Shown here: positions 19,536 to 32,387 of the stretch, in pieces
Layout of the letters: the number at the start of each line of letters is the position of its first letter
Position numbering within the stretch: the stretch's first letter is position 1
Assembly (NCBI GenBank): GCA_951406725.2
Contig: OX597814.1
Span: 89,156,001-89,220,000 of the forward strand
DNA from: Octopus vulgaris
Lineage: Eukaryota
Reading direction: 5' to 3'
Length of the DNA: 64,000 nt
Notes under the pieces: generated by a model
Seen by the model: the letters and a program-made list of their open reading frames with translations, nothing else
Told to the model about the DNA's origin: nothing
Databases searched by the model: none
Translations under genes and position numbers: made by a program

Positions 19536-19630
19536 GGAGGATATAATCAAGTAAAGGTATATATATTATTGAGTAAAGGTAGTGGTTTTATAGCCATTTT
19601 CTCAACATGTATTTCTCATCGGTATATCTT

Positions 19631-19688
19631 TACTGCCTCTGAAGAGATTCATCTTATAAATTTCTGAATCGAAACAGCTGTCAGAGTA
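19631..19688 (+). ncRNA. Type I hammerhead ribozyme core
   Basis: CUGAAGA-GAUUCA-(13-nt loop)-UGAAUC-GAAAC-AGCU-GUC: canonical core, 6-bp stem II, palindromic stem III; stem I short and bulged. Confidence 0.7.
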
Positions 19689-20739
19689 TGTATGTATGTA
19701 TATATGTGTGTCTGTATTTGTCCTCCCTCCCATCACCACTTAACAGTTTGTGTGTTTACATCTGTGTAACTTAGTGGTTTGGCAAAAGCAACCAATAGAC
19801 TAAGTACGAGGCTATAAAAATAAGTTCCGGGGTCAATTTGTTCAACTAAAATCCTTCAAGTTGGTGCTCCAGCATGGCCACACTCAAATGACTGAAACAA
19901 ATAAAAGAATATATATACAACAGGCATCTTTCAGTTTCCATCTACCAAATCCACACACAAGGCTTTGGTTGGCCCAAGCCTATAGTAGAAGACACTTGCC
20001 CAAAGTGTCACACAGTGGGAGTATCACCATAAATTACATGATTTTGATATTTAAAATTGCATATTGATTTTAAGTGACAGGAATTGTCCCTGAGTGTTAG
20101 TTATTTGCAACTGTATATTAATGAAAGGTGGTCCATTATCATCATCAATGTTTAATGTTCTCTTTTCCATACTTGCATGGATCGAACAGTGTTTGTTGAG
20201 GCAGATTTTCTCTGACTGGATGCCCTTCATGTCACCAGCCCTCACATGTTTCCAACCATGGCAATATTTCTCTGTGGCAAGACATCTTGCAGAGCATTAG
20301 AAATGAATGTTAATGCTTATGTGATATAATAATGACATTCATTTACAACAATCCTGTGATGTCAAGACAATGAGACACAAACACACCCACACATACACAT
20401 ACACATTTTTATCAACAAAGAGACACAAACACACACATTTTGTTATCAACATTTGTCTAATGCTAATTTTCCTGTTTTGTAAAGTCTAAATTTCCTCATA
20501 TTTTGATCTGTTTTCTCACTCCGGCACTTTGCTTACTCATCCTTAAACAAAACAACTTGGAATGAAGGAATCTTCCACACAATTAGCCATACATTTATGT
20601 TGCACTCATCTACTATCACCCCAAGCTGACCAAAACCTTGTCAGAGAATTTGGTAGACAGAAACTGAAAGAAGCCTATTATATATATGTGTATGTATATA
20701 ATAGACTTCTATATAATAGTGTTCGTCACAATAGAGGAA

Positions 20740-21173
20740 CACTATTGTGTCATATGGCTGCAAGTCGTGGACAATGTTGAAGGCAGACAAGAAAAGAGTG
20801 AGCGCTTTTGAATGTGGTGTTACCGCAGAATCCTTAGAGTGTCGTGGATGGAGAGAAGGGCGAACAACTAGGTACTAGAAAAGCTCAGTTGCAAGATGAC
20901 GCTTCGGTGAAACGTCATGAAGTGGAAGCTACGGTTCTTTGGCCACGTCATGCGCTGGAATGGACTTGAGCGAATGATCATAACTGGCAAGGTGAACGGC
21001 AGACATAAAAGAGGCACACCACCCACTTCTTGGCTGAAAGACATCGCGGCCACAGGTTTGTCTTTAGTTTCAGCTGTCCATGGGGTAGAGGACAGGAGAA
21101 GGTGGCAAGACATCGTGATGACCACAGCATCGCATAGTGCAACACCTGACTAGGATGATGATGATGATGATAA
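20740..21173 (+). mobile_element. 3' fragment of a second RTE family (BovB-like C-terminus) with (GAT)n tail
   Basis: WCYRRILRVSW...FFGHVMR...ITGKVNGRHKRGTPPTSW, with the stop followed directly by gatgatgat. Confidence 0.8.
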
Positions 21174-21174
21174 T

Positions 21175-21546
21175 AGTGTTAACACTGCTCTTTCTGATGG
21201 TGTAAAGCACCCATGTGGCATTGCGTAAAATTGCCCATGCAACATCACGTAAAAGCTCTCGTGCAGCATCATGTAAAAAGTGCCCATGCAGTGCTACAGA
21301 AAAGCTCCTATGCAGTACCACATAAAAGTGCCTGTGTGGTGTCACATAAAAGCACCCATGCAGTACCATGTAAAAGCACCAGTACACTCTGTAAAGTGGT
21401 TGGTGTTAGGAAGGGCATCCAGCTGTAGAAACCATGCCAAATCAGACTGAAGTCTAGTGCAGCTCCTCAGCTTGCCAGCCCTGGTCACACTGTCCAGCCC
21501 ATGCCAACATGGACAGTGGACATTAAATGATGATGATGATGATGAT
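21175..21546 (+). mobile_element. RTE 3'UTR fragment with expanded ~22-bp tandem repeats and (GAT)n tail
   Basis: Repeated gtaaaagcacccatg-like units, then ggaagggcatccagctgtagaaa...catgccaacatgga...gatgatgat. Confidence 0.75.
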
Positions 21547-21829
21547 TAGGCTTGGGGCTATAGTAGGTGGCTGCAACATAAACGTATGGCTAATTAAGTG
21601 GAAGACTGCTTCAATCCAAGTTGTTTTGATAGCTAAATTATGGATGAGTAAGAAAAGACTTTACAGAACAAAAAAATTGACATTAAACAAATGTTGATAA
21701 AAGATATAATTTCGAGTATGTCTTTTGGTAAGTTGTAATATTTTTGAATTGAATAGAATTATGCATTATGGTTAATCTATCCAGACTATTCTAATATAGA
21801 AGTGGTGGTGTTCAAATATTTTTTACAAA

Positions 21830-22463
21830 GGTGCAGGAGTGGCTGTGTGGTAAGTTGCTTGCTTACCAACCACATGGTTCTGGGTTCAGTCCCACTGCCT
21901 AGCACCTTGGCCAAGTGTCCTCTACTATAGCCTCAGGCCGACTAAAGCCTTGTGAGTGGATTTGGTAGACGGAAACTGAAAGAAGCCCATCATATATATG
22001 TATATGTATATATATATATGTTTGTATGTCTGTGTTTGTCCCTCCAACATCGCTTGACAACCGATGCTGGTGTGTTTACGTCCCCATAACTTAGCGGTTC
22101 GGCAAATGACGCTGATAGAATAAGTACTAGGCTTATTCTTTGTAAGCCTAGTACTTATTCTATCAGCGTCATTTGCCGAACCGCTAAGTTATGGGGACGT
22201 AAACGCACCAGCATCAGTTGTCAAGCGATGTTGGGGGGACAAACACAGACATACAAACATATATATATATACATATATATGATGGGCTTCTTTCAGTTTC
22301 CGTCTACCAAATCCACTCACAAGGCTTTGGTCGGCCTGAGGCTATAGTAGAGGACACTTGGCCAAGGTGCTATGCAGTGGGACTGAACCCAGAACCATGC
22401 TCGACTAAAGGCAGTGCTCCAGCATGGCCACAGTTAAATGACTGAAACAAGTAAAAGAGTAAA
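21830..22463 (+). mobile_element. tRNA-derived SINE family A copy with an internal inverted duplication; 3' tail shared with the LINE at 915-4750
   Basis: A-box tggctgtgtgg, B-box-like ggttcagtccc, internal TA microsatellite, tail ggcagtgctccagcatggccacagttaaatgactgaaacaagtaaaagagtaaa. Confidence 0.85.
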
Positions 22464-23244
22464 GGATCTCTATACAGTAACTTGGTTACTAGAAATAGCA
22501 AAGTCCCTCAAATCATGCCCTATTGCAGTTGTAATCAAGCATTTTTTTTACTTATGGACCATTTCAATTCCTATTTTATTCTACTGGACCCTCATAACCA
22601 TTCAGTGTTTAGAAAAAAATCCTGTTATATTTTTATAATTGAATATTATTAGAAATTGTATTAAAAAATTGTTGAAGTATTTCATGTGTTGTAGAAGTAT
22701 TACCAATTTATTGCACATAAATTTTAGCAACAAAATCTTATATGGACCCACAAGGGTCATGTGGACCCTGAGTGAGAACCATACCCTATTGCCTTAAAAA
22801 ATGGCAAGATAGATTAAATGGAGTAGTCAAAGGTATAAAAAAAAGACATGATGGCCATGGCTGGAACACCTTTCATCAAAGGTGTACATAATCATTGTCT
22901 CCTTGTAAAAAGAGCATATTTGCTAACCTGTCTGAAAACTGATATGGCTCCCATGTCAAAGGCCAGTTAAGACGTTTTGAATTATTTGTAAAACTAACTG
23001 GAGTGAAATTTTCTATAGCTAGCTGCTCTTTCTAGCAGATGCATACAGAAGGAAAATGGAAATAGAAAGGAAAAAAGATAAAGACTTTTAAAAGCTATGT
23101 TATCTATGCAACACCTTTTCATTACTCTGTATCTATGCTGGTAGTCTATACAGATATATATTTGCTCACTCACTGAGGATCTCATTAAATGATGTTTATG
23201 TTCAACTACTTTTGTTTTTATTATCATGCAAATATCTGTATTTA

Positions 23245-23477
23245 ATGAGCGAGGTCATTGCCAGTACCCCCTGACTAGCCCCCATGCCGGTGGCGCGTAA
23301 AAAGCACCCACTATACTCTCGGAGTGGTTGGCGTTAGGAAGGGCATCCAGCTGTAGAAACTCTGCCAAATCAAGATTGGAGCCTGGTGCAGCCATCTGGT
23401 TCGCCAGCCCTCAGTCAAAATCATCCAACCCATGCTAGCATGGAAAGCGGACGTTAAACGATGATGATGATGATGAT
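23245..23477 (+). mobile_element. RTE 3'UTR fragment with (GAT)n tail
   Basis: Same 3' terminal sequence as the RTE at 33565-34790. Confidence 0.8.
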
Positions 23478-23696
23478 CACTCATGGAAGAATTGACAATA
23501 TATTCTATTATTGACATATTTGCCATTATAGGCATAAGTATTGTTATGTGGTAAGAAGCTTGCTTTCCAACCATATGGTTTGGGGTTCACTCCCACTGCA
23601 TGGCACCTTGGGTAAATGTCTTCTACTATAGTACCAGGTCGACCAAAGCTTTGTGAGTGGTTTTGGTGGACAGAAACCAAACAAAGTCCGTTGTGT

Positions 23697-24215
23697 ATCA
23701 TCATCATCATCATTTAACATCTACTTTTCACGCTGGCATGGGTTGGACGGTTTGATTGAGGAATGGCAAGCCAGTAGGTTGCACAATGTTCCAATCTGGT
23801 CTGGCAAGGTTTCTACAGCTGGATGCCCTTCCTAACACCAACCACTCCGAGAGTATAGTGGGTGCTTTTTATGTGTCACTGGCAATGACCACATTCAGAT
23901 GGTACTTTCTACGTTCCACCGGCATGGGAGCCTGTCAGGGAGCACTGGCATCAACCACATTCTGATGGTGCATTTTACATGCCACCGGAACAGGAGACAA
24001 TCATGGGTGGGGTGCACTGGCATCGACCATGTTTGGGTGGTGCTTTTTACATGTCACTGGCACAGGAGTCAGTCAGAGGGCACTGGCATTGACCACATTC
24101 ACATGGTGCTTATTTCATGCCACCAGAACAGGTTCCAGTCAGGCAGCATTGTTCACGACTACAATTCAATTTCACTTGACTCAACTGGTCTTCTCAAGCA
24201 CATCATATCATCCAA
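23697..24215 (-). mobile_element. RTE 3'UTR fragment
   Basis: Reverse complement of the family tail (catcatcat...ggatgcccttcctaacaccaaccactcc) plus tandem units. Confidence 0.75.
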
Positions 24216-24962
24216 GTGTTTATCTTTGTGTCTGTTTGTCCCCCACCACCACTTGATAACCATTATTTGTGTATTTATGTCCTGTAACTTTGCAGTTTGG
24301 CGAAAGAGATCAGTAGAATAAGTACTGGGTTCAATTCATTCAACTAAAAATTATTCAAGCAGTGCCCCAGTATGGCCACAGTCTAATACCTGAAACAAGA
24401 TAAAAGATATGTATGTGTGTGGGGGGATTGGTTACTGTCTCCTTACCTTGACATCATGTGATAGTTGTAAGTGTCACTGTCATGCAAGCATTGTCCTTTG
24501 TTTTCAGTCTTCTGGTCTTGAGGAAATATTACCTTAATTGGAACCAGGTGAAAGTTGGTGACAAGAAGGGCATCCAGCTGTATAAAATCTGCCTCAACAA
24601 ACTCTGTCCAAGCAATACAAATATGGAAAAGGGGATGTTAAAGCAATAATAATGATGATGATGATGATAAGCTGCCCATTTTTCCCCCACAAAAAATATC
24701 CCAGAAATAAAAGCCTGCATCTTATAAACATAAGGCTTACTGGCATGTGGTAGATCACAAAGGTACCTTCTAAAACTGTGTCTAATAAACCATCATACAA
24801 ACAATTACAAAATTCCTTTATATATATTGTAACGAAGTCATGTTGTTGTTAGCCCAGGTCAACCCTGTTTGAGAACTTATAATCAAAGGCTTTCCAACCA
24901 AGACCATTCCATTTTGTTTTAAATAGTAATTATTACAATATTATTATTCAATGTGTTCTAAT

Positions 24963-25177
24963 GCGGCAAGCTGGCAGAATTGTTAGCATGCTGAGCAAAA
25001 TGCTTAGAAGCATTTTTTCTGTGTTTACGTTCTGAGTTCAAATGCTACCAAGGTTGACTTTGCCTTTCATCCTTTCAGGGTCGATAAAATAAATATCAGT
25101 TGTGGATTTGGGTCAATGTAATCGACTTATCCCCTCACCCGAAATTTCAGGCCTTGTGCCTATAGTAGAAAGGAATA
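24963..25177 (+). mobile_element. SINE family C (MetaSINE-like core); other copies near 31290-31478, 37990-38115, 46920-47105 and 62443-62662
   Basis: tRNA-like head (gctggcagaa...gagttcaaat) and core gcctttcatcctttcggggtcgataaaataagtaccag, which resembles the Meta domain as I recall it. Confidence 0.7.
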
Positions 25178-25587
25178 CTCAATATGTCCTTCTTGTTTTT
25201 ATGATAACAGTGAAAGAGAATTGGCTGCTATCTCTAGAAATCAAGTGATTATGTAGAGATTCCCTTATCAGCTTTTATTAAGTCATTAAGTGCTTTCTCC
25301 AGCTAAAGTATACCTACTTTTATAAATTCCCAATTTAAACAAATGATGAAGATGAACTTCACCTAAAATATTTTGTTTAATATTTGTAAATTGAAATGCG
25401 TTTGATGTTCTTAACTTCTACATTTTATATTGGTAGTTTTATCTTTTGTTTAAATGTCGTTTTATTTCTAAGAAATCATCATCACACCACATTCCTATTA
25501 ATCATAAGCAGAAATCTGTTAGAGCCCTCAAGATTTCTCCAATTGTTAAATCTATCACTGAGGATCTTTCCTGGTCAAAGTACATCC

Positions 25588-25786
25588 TTAAACCTTTAGC
25601 ATTCAGATTGCTCTATCAAATGTAACATTTACTTATATTCTTTTGAATTATCATACATTATCTTGTGGCTCCAAGATTTTGATGAACCTATTTTGTATTT
25701 TTAGAATGACATTGTGGGGTAGCTGTGAGATGTCGGATCTGGTTGACTTGGATCGGATCTGGCTGGTTTAAATGCTAATGGGTTAA
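25588..25786. mobile_element. piggyBac-type MITE family 1; other copies near 29611-29830, 48825-49045, 54348-54558 and 57958-58135
   Basis: ttaa(c)cctttagcatt...aatgctaa(a)gggttaa terminal inverted repeats with TTAA flanks, ~200 bp. Confidence 0.75.
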
Positions 25787-25804
25787 TATAGCAGAGACTA
25801 AAGA

Positions 25805-26130
25805 GTCAGGACCCCCTTCAATCATGACTGACCATGGGATTGCACCTAGAAAGTTCCCCTCTTAGGCACAGGTCCGGGCAAGGTTGTTTATGGAAGACCA
25901 GCAGTCACCCATGTATTACCAGCCTCCCCTCTCCACGTCACCGACTTTATCCAAGGGAAAGGAAAAGGCTGATACAGCTTGGCACCTGTGACATCACATC
26001 TCATTTCTACAGCTGAGTGAAATAAAGTGTCTTGCTCAAGAACACAACACACAGCCCAGTCTGAAAATCAAACTCACTACCTCATGATTGTGAGCCCGAT
26101 GTTCTAACCACTGATCAAAGTGCCTTCACA
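25805..26130 (-). mobile_element. SINE family B copy
   Basis: Reverse complement of 27320-27650. Confidence 0.75.
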
Positions 26131-26139
26131 TAAGGACTA

Positions 26140-26450
26140 CATCATAATGAATGGCCCTCCTCTTCAGAGTCAGAAGATATTTCAGAACCCAAGAATTTAA
26201 TCATTCTCTCTAAAACCTCTACTGATGCCCACAATAGACTATTGCACTCATATCTGGGATGGTGCTGCTGCAGACACAAATCATAGATTACATTCAGAAA
26301 AGAGCTACCAGACTGATCAGCATAAAACCACTCACCGACACACCGGCGTGCTCCCTCTCTCTTCTTTCTTTCTTTTCTACTGCTACTATAATTGCTTATG
26401 CCACTTGAAGCTGACTGAACTTATGCCACTTCCTCTAATGGCCTTGCTTA
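26140..26450 (+). pseudogene. Decayed CR1/L2-type LINE RT C-terminal fragment
   Basis: PTIDYCTHIWDGAA resembles the LDYCS-W motif of the intact ORF2. Confidence 0.45.
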
Positions 26451-26583
26451 TAGTTTTCCTGCAGTTGTTCAAGAACATTAATGTCATCTATCTCACTAGT
26501 CTAAAAGGGTCTGCAAAAGACATGATCATGGTTCCTTCTTCCAAGACCCTATGAATAAAAACAAATTTCTACTTCATTGTTAA

Positions 26584-27190
26584 TCATCATCATCATTTAG
26601 TGTCTGTTTTCCATGCTGGCATGGATTAGACGGTTTGACTGGAACTGGTAAGCCGAAGAGCTGCACCAAGGTTCAGTCAGATTTGGCATGGTTTCTATGG
26701 CTGGATGCCCTTCCTAACACCAACCACTCCAAGAATGTAATGGGTGTTTTTTACGTGCCACCAGCTTGGGTGCTTTTATATGCCAACAGCACAGATGCCA
26801 GTTGCATAACACTGACATCAGCCACAACTATGATTTCACTTTGCTTTACGAGTCTTCTCAAGTACACATATCACTTATTACTTTCGTGAAGACCAACTTT
26901 CGAAGGATGCTTTTTACATGCCACCAGCACAGGTGCCTGTTACATGACACCAGCATTGGCCACAACTATGGCTTCACTTGGTTTGACAGGTCTTCTCAAG
27001 CACAGCATATCTCCAAAGGTCTCAGTCATTTGTCATTGCTTCTGTGAGGCCCAGCGTTTGAAGATCATGCTTCACCACCTTGTCCCTTGTCTTCCTGGGT
27101 CTACTTCTTCCACAGGTTCCTTCCACAGTTAGAGATCAACACTTCTTTACACAGCTGCCCTCATTCATACGCATCACATGGCCATATTTA
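26584..27190 (-). mobile_element. RTE LINE 3' fragment
   Basis: Minus strand gives GHVMRM...VEGTCGRSRPRKT...LWRYAVLEKT, then 3'UTR and (GAT)n tail. Confidence 0.8.
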
Positions 27191-27319
27191 TAAATATTTT
27201 CTAATAATGTAATTGGCAGTTGTATCTCCATCTCCTAGTTTTGACTATCCCTCAAAGGGCTACTAATCATACTGGATATACTGGATTTCTAACCCTTTAT
27301 TAACATTACTAGTGAAAAT

Positions 27320-27650
27320 GCATGGCTCAGTGGTTAGAGCATTGAGCTTACGATCGTGATGTTGTGAGCTCGAATCCCGGACCAGGCTGCATGTTGTGTT
27401 CTTGAGCAAGACACTTTATTTCACGTTGCTCCAATTCACTCAGCTGTAGAAATGAGTTGTAATGTCACAGGTGCCAAGCTGTATCAGCCTTTGCCTTTCC
27501 CTTGGATGACATCGGTGGCGTGGAGAGGGGAGGCCAGCATGCATGGGTGACTGCTGATCTTCCATAAATAACCTTGCCCGGACTTGTGCCTGGGAGGATA
27601 ACTTTCTACGTGCAATCCCATGATCTGTGTCATGACTGAAGGGGGTCTCA
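27320..27650 (+). mobile_element. tRNA-derived SINE family B; other copies 51660-51993 (+) and ~63770-63880 (-)
   Basis: A-box tggctcagtggttagagc and B-box-like gctcgaatccc; the body is shared among copies. Confidence 0.8.
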
Positions 27651-28780
27651 GATTAACATTACTAAGTACACGGTCACTCCTTATATGTTGGGTAAATGTT
27701 AGGAATATACTTTTGCCGCTGTTGGTACTATCAGGTAATGTTACATTAGTAATCAGTTGATAATTAAAGTCTTCTTGTTATTGATAACATATATTTATTA
27801 TACATATACAAGCGAAAAATTTGTTTAATTAAATATTTTAATTTTATAAATGCTTAGTTTCATGACCAAAGGGGGTCTTTATTCTTAATAAACATCATGA
27901 AATTAGAATAAAGTTAAATAATAATTAAAATATTTATGTAACTTAACCTGATATCGCTAACAGTGACAAAAGTATATTCAGTACAACTTTTGTCATATGA
28001 CAGCAGGCAACATTCTAGTTTAATAATACTGAGTTTAATAAGCACAAGTTGAGATCATAGCTTTTTAGTGCAGTAATGACGTCATTCATCACTAACATCT
28101 CTTAATGTCTGTCTTCCCTGCTGTCATGGTTTGGGTGGTTTGACATGATCCAAGGACTGTATCTTGCATCAAAGTCTACTTTGGTGGGTTTTCTGTGGCT
28201 GGCGGTCCTGATATTAAAAAAAAAAAATTAGATAATAATAATAATAATAATATGGTTTCTGATCTTAACTGACTGTACATTGTTTTGTCTTCGTATTAAA
28301 GATGGGCTACAGCAAATATTCTGCTCAATACCACAGATTTGCTTGTCAGTTGCTTGACCTTAACCAGTTGAGTATGTCCCTTTGTGGCTAATGATATGTG
28401 CATCTCTGATCACCAGCAGAAGTAGTCGGGGAGCATCATACCCATGTGTTGAGAGGAATTCTTTGGAGTTTGGATAATTCACCCCTGGAAACATGGGTGC
28501 TTCATTCAACATTCATAAACGACTCTTATTCAGGGACCTTTTGAGCAAGATGGGCCACTCAACCTGAAGAAAATTCTAACTTGGGCCCCACCTGCAAGGT
28601 CATGCACTGTTTATCTCGATATGAGATCACTTTGTCACATACATATGGTTGTGATGCCTGATGTACCCTTATCAAACAAGTATTCATGATGGATATACTG
28701 GGCTTCGTATATTTAATCCCAGTGTCACTTTGATGGCATGCACTGCTCTCTTACTCAATAATAATGATGATGATAATGAT

Positions 28781-28818
<38 letters not shown>

Positions 28819-30133
28819 GTATCTATACAGACAGACAGATTGATATATAGATATAGATGCATACACATATATATACATACACACACACACATGAACCTAT
28901 GCATGCACACGCAATAACATCTAAGCATTTATCATCTTGCAGAGTGAGGAGAATTACAGCAGTCATTCATGAAGTTTTCTCCCAAATTAACATTAGATAA
29001 AGACAACTGTGAGAATATTCATATCTCTGTATATTTCATTTTATCATTGTTGTATATGCAAAATCATCAGAAATTGTGAGTCATGACATTTGTAGCAACT
29101 TTGAGTGCTTCATTTGTGCTGTTCATGCTTAAGGATGTCATGTACAGTGAAAGTTGGTTTCCTTGATATCGCTGGTGATAATCAGTTTGTGCTGATAAAG
29201 GATACTAAGTTAGCATGTTTTCGTTGGAGGATGACTTTAAGATTTCTGTGTATGGAAATCATGTTTGTCTGCTGTGAAATGTTTTAGTTGCATATAGTTG
29301 AAAAGTGGAGGTAGTCATCATCATTGTAGGGATTGTGAGTTGTTAGTCATAGCAGCAAGTAGATTATTAATCTAATAGTAGGAAGTGTGTGGGTGACATA
29401 ATTTAATCTCGTGTACACCATGAAAGACTTGTGATAGAAATGTTTGGTTAGACACTCCTTATCCATCGTTTGTAAAATACTTAGAGTCTATAGTCAGGCT
29501 GTGGTTGAGACACTACAAGAACTGATCAGCTTGTTGAATTGGAGTAACCTTAGATGTTACACTGAATGCATTTCGCATATGGTGGTGAGATAGGTGCAGT
29601 AGAGAAAGTTTAACTCTTTAGTATTTGGATTTCTCTGTCAAATGCGATACGTATTTATTCATATTGTTTTGAATTAATCACACATCTTGTAGCTTCAAAA
29701 TTTTGATGGTGTGTTTGTTTAGTTTTAGAATGACATTGCTGGGGAGGTGTGAAAGGCCAGATCTGGCCAGTTTGAACATAAAACACATAGAATATTTGGG
29801 TTGAATATGGCTGGTTTAAATGCTAAGAGAAGCTTTATATATACATTGTAGATTTGGAAGCAAAACAATCAATATGGTAGCATTAGAAATAGAAGTACAA
29901 CATAGAAAGCTATCTTGGTTGGAGAGGTGGCTGATAGAATACTGCAAAGTTAGTAGACACGATCTACATAATACTAATAAATCTGATGTTAAGAATTGTA
30001 CAATTGAACAGCCATAGCCCATAGAGACATTTTATTTTGTTTCTTTTTTTTTATATACATTTTCATTTATTCTTTTACTTTTTATAATTACTTTTCTTTT
30101 CTGAAATATAAGTTTCCTTATTTTTTACAGAAC

Positions 30134-30184
30134 ATGAATCAATCAAAAATGGGCTCTGAATTTCCATCCATTCAACGAAACTGA
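30134..30184 (+). promoter_or_regulatory. uORF (16 codons) in the EEPD1 5'UTR, plus minimal ATG-AAG-TGA at 30214-30222
   Basis: Lies between the acceptor ttttttacag|30131 and the main ATG at 30244. Confidence 0.5.
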
Positions 30185-30243
30185 AAAAAAGGACAAAAAG
30201 AAATAAATACTCAATGAAGTGATATTATCTGTGGGGTTCCACT

Positions 30244-31229
30244 ATGGGTGGAATGAATAGTTGTTGTTTACCTCAAAAATTTGCTTTTAAAGATGGTGAA
30301 CACTCAAGTTCTTTCTCCAGTAGTAGGTATCATGGACGCAACTTCAGTGCGGCCTTCAACCTTTCCAGCCTGGGTGATGAAGGAGACAACAATCAAGGTC
30401 TAATAAATATTAATAATTCAACGGAAGAGGAGCTGATGACATTACCTGGAATTAACCGAAGTATAGCTCAGAATATTATCGAATATAGATGCAGAATTGG
30501 AGGGTTTAAAAAAATCGAAGATTTAGCACTTGTGTCTGGTGTAGGAGCAGCTAAACTTAGTGTTCTTCGCCAAGAGATATGTGTAAGTACAAAAAAAGGC
30601 AGTTCACATGACAGTTCTCCCTGTAGTAGTAGTCAAGATGTTAACTCCAATGAACATTGTATAAAAGATATTCGTCGCTCCAATAGCAGCAATCAGTTAC
30701 ACGTTAATGTAAATATAGCAAATGTGTTTCAATTGATGAAAATAAAGGGTGTTGATCAAACTGTAGCTGAAAATATTGTTTCTTATAGAGATAAAAAAGG
30801 ACATTATAAAACAATTGAAGATCTTCTTAAAGTGAAAAGTATAAGTGCTGGATTATTAGGTGCAATACGACATAATCTCATACTGAGTGATACTGGTAGT
30901 AATACAGCCGTTGTTTCGACGACGACAAATAGGACTAGAAGTACGACACTAAGAGATAGCCATACAAATGATTATTTTTATAACTTAATTAACAAAGACT
31001 CTGATATGAGTTCACTAACAAAACCTGACGATTCACTTCATGAACTTATTCAGCTATTAGGTCCATTGGCTAAGAAGTCAGTTCGACCAAAAGTTCAATC
31101 TTTCCCATTCAGAAGAAACAACATATCAGCTTTACGAATTGCAACTTGGAATCTTGATGGATGTTCATTTGAAAAAATTTCCAATCCTGGAGTATGTGAT
31201 GTAATTTGTATGACTGTACTTGAAAATGG
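30244..31229 (+). CDS. EEPD1: EEPD1-like, coding exon 1 (N-terminal MG..CC lipidation motif, two HhH modules, start of EEP domain)
   Basis: ININNSTEEELMTLPGINRSIAQNIIEYR..IGGFKKIEDLALVSGVG; VNVNIA..LMKIKGV; LRIATWNL..NPGVCDVICMTVLEN. Acceptor at 30130; donor GG|GTAGGT (phase 2). Confidence 0.93.
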
Positions 31230-32387
31230 GTAGGTAACATCTTGTTATTTTTCACAAATCTGCATGTACCGCTCATTCATCTATATTAGTCTGTATTTGG
31301 CAGAATAATTAAAAGAGTCATACAAAATGCCTTGTGCTATTTCTTGTTACTCTTTACATTCTGAGTTCAAATCCTGCTATTATCAATTTTGTCTTTCATC
31401 CCTTTGGGGCATCAGTATAATTAACTCTTCTCTCCCTTCCAGATTTCGAGCCTTGTACTTGTGTTAAAAATAATTATACACTTTATTTCTTGACTAATAT
31501 CAAAACTTAAGCTATCCTTAATTGTAATGAACTAAATGATAAACTGCTTTCATAAAGGTATTCGTGTATCTTTTATTAGTTTGGAGATCTAACAAGATCA
31601 TTAATGAAAAAGACAACTGATAAGAAAAAGCTCGTTAAAAATGAATAAATATCATTGCATCTATTACAAAAGAAATTGTGTGTCAAAACTATTTGTTCTT
31701 TTAGAAACGTCATGTAACTACCTGAAGACCCTTTCTTCACCATCAGCCTATTAAGATTTTCTACATTAAAGACTTAAACTAATTGCTTTTTCTCAGGACC
31801 ATTTCCTTGTAGAACTTCAAATACTAAACTTTAACACTAAATATTAACTGCAATAACCCCTGCTTGCTAAATACAGTTTTCAAGAGATTAGAGTTAACCA
31901 TTAAAAAATGTAATTAATCTAATTAACATATTCAGATTATATCTTTATGGGTAAATTATTTTTATTATGAAAAATACAGTAGTGTAGATAGGTATACCAG
32001 GCTAAATAAATCTCTATTTGGTGTTTACATGAAAAAATAAGAGTTAAGTTAGTGTTAATATATTTTATGCAGAGAGCATCAAAAGTTAAATGGAAATAAA
32101 TTATGCCGTGAGAAAGAAAGAAAGCAAAAACAATAAATATTAATAATTGGCATAAGGTGATGAGCTGACAAAATCATTAGTATGCCGGGCAAAATGCTTC
32201 GCAGTATTTCATCCATCTTAAGATTCTGAGTTCATCCCCAACAGCATTCGAACTCAGAATGTAAAGTCAGAAGAAATGCTGTTAAGCATTTTTTCAAGCA
32301 CAGTAACGATTCTGCCAATGGTCACCTTATGTCACTTCAAATATTAAAATGCATATAAGTGCATTTAAAATATTAAAATGCATATAA

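Noticed and set aside
21190-21385. Regularly spaced ~22-bp repeats resembling a CRISPR array
   Set aside because: Tandem units with no unique spacers, part of the RTE 3'UTR; no cas genes; eukaryotic context.
27320-27395. tRNA gene
   Set aside because: The tRNA-like head continues into a body repeated at 25805, 51660 and 63770, so it is a SINE head.
28230-28770. Probable interspersed repeat bounded by (AAT)n tracts
   Set aside because: Single copy in the window with no diagnostic motif; cannot be classified.
30244-31233. 329-aa single-exon ComEA-like (bacterial) gene
   Set aside because: A GT donor precedes the stop and seven further in-phase exons complete a eukaryotic EEPD1.
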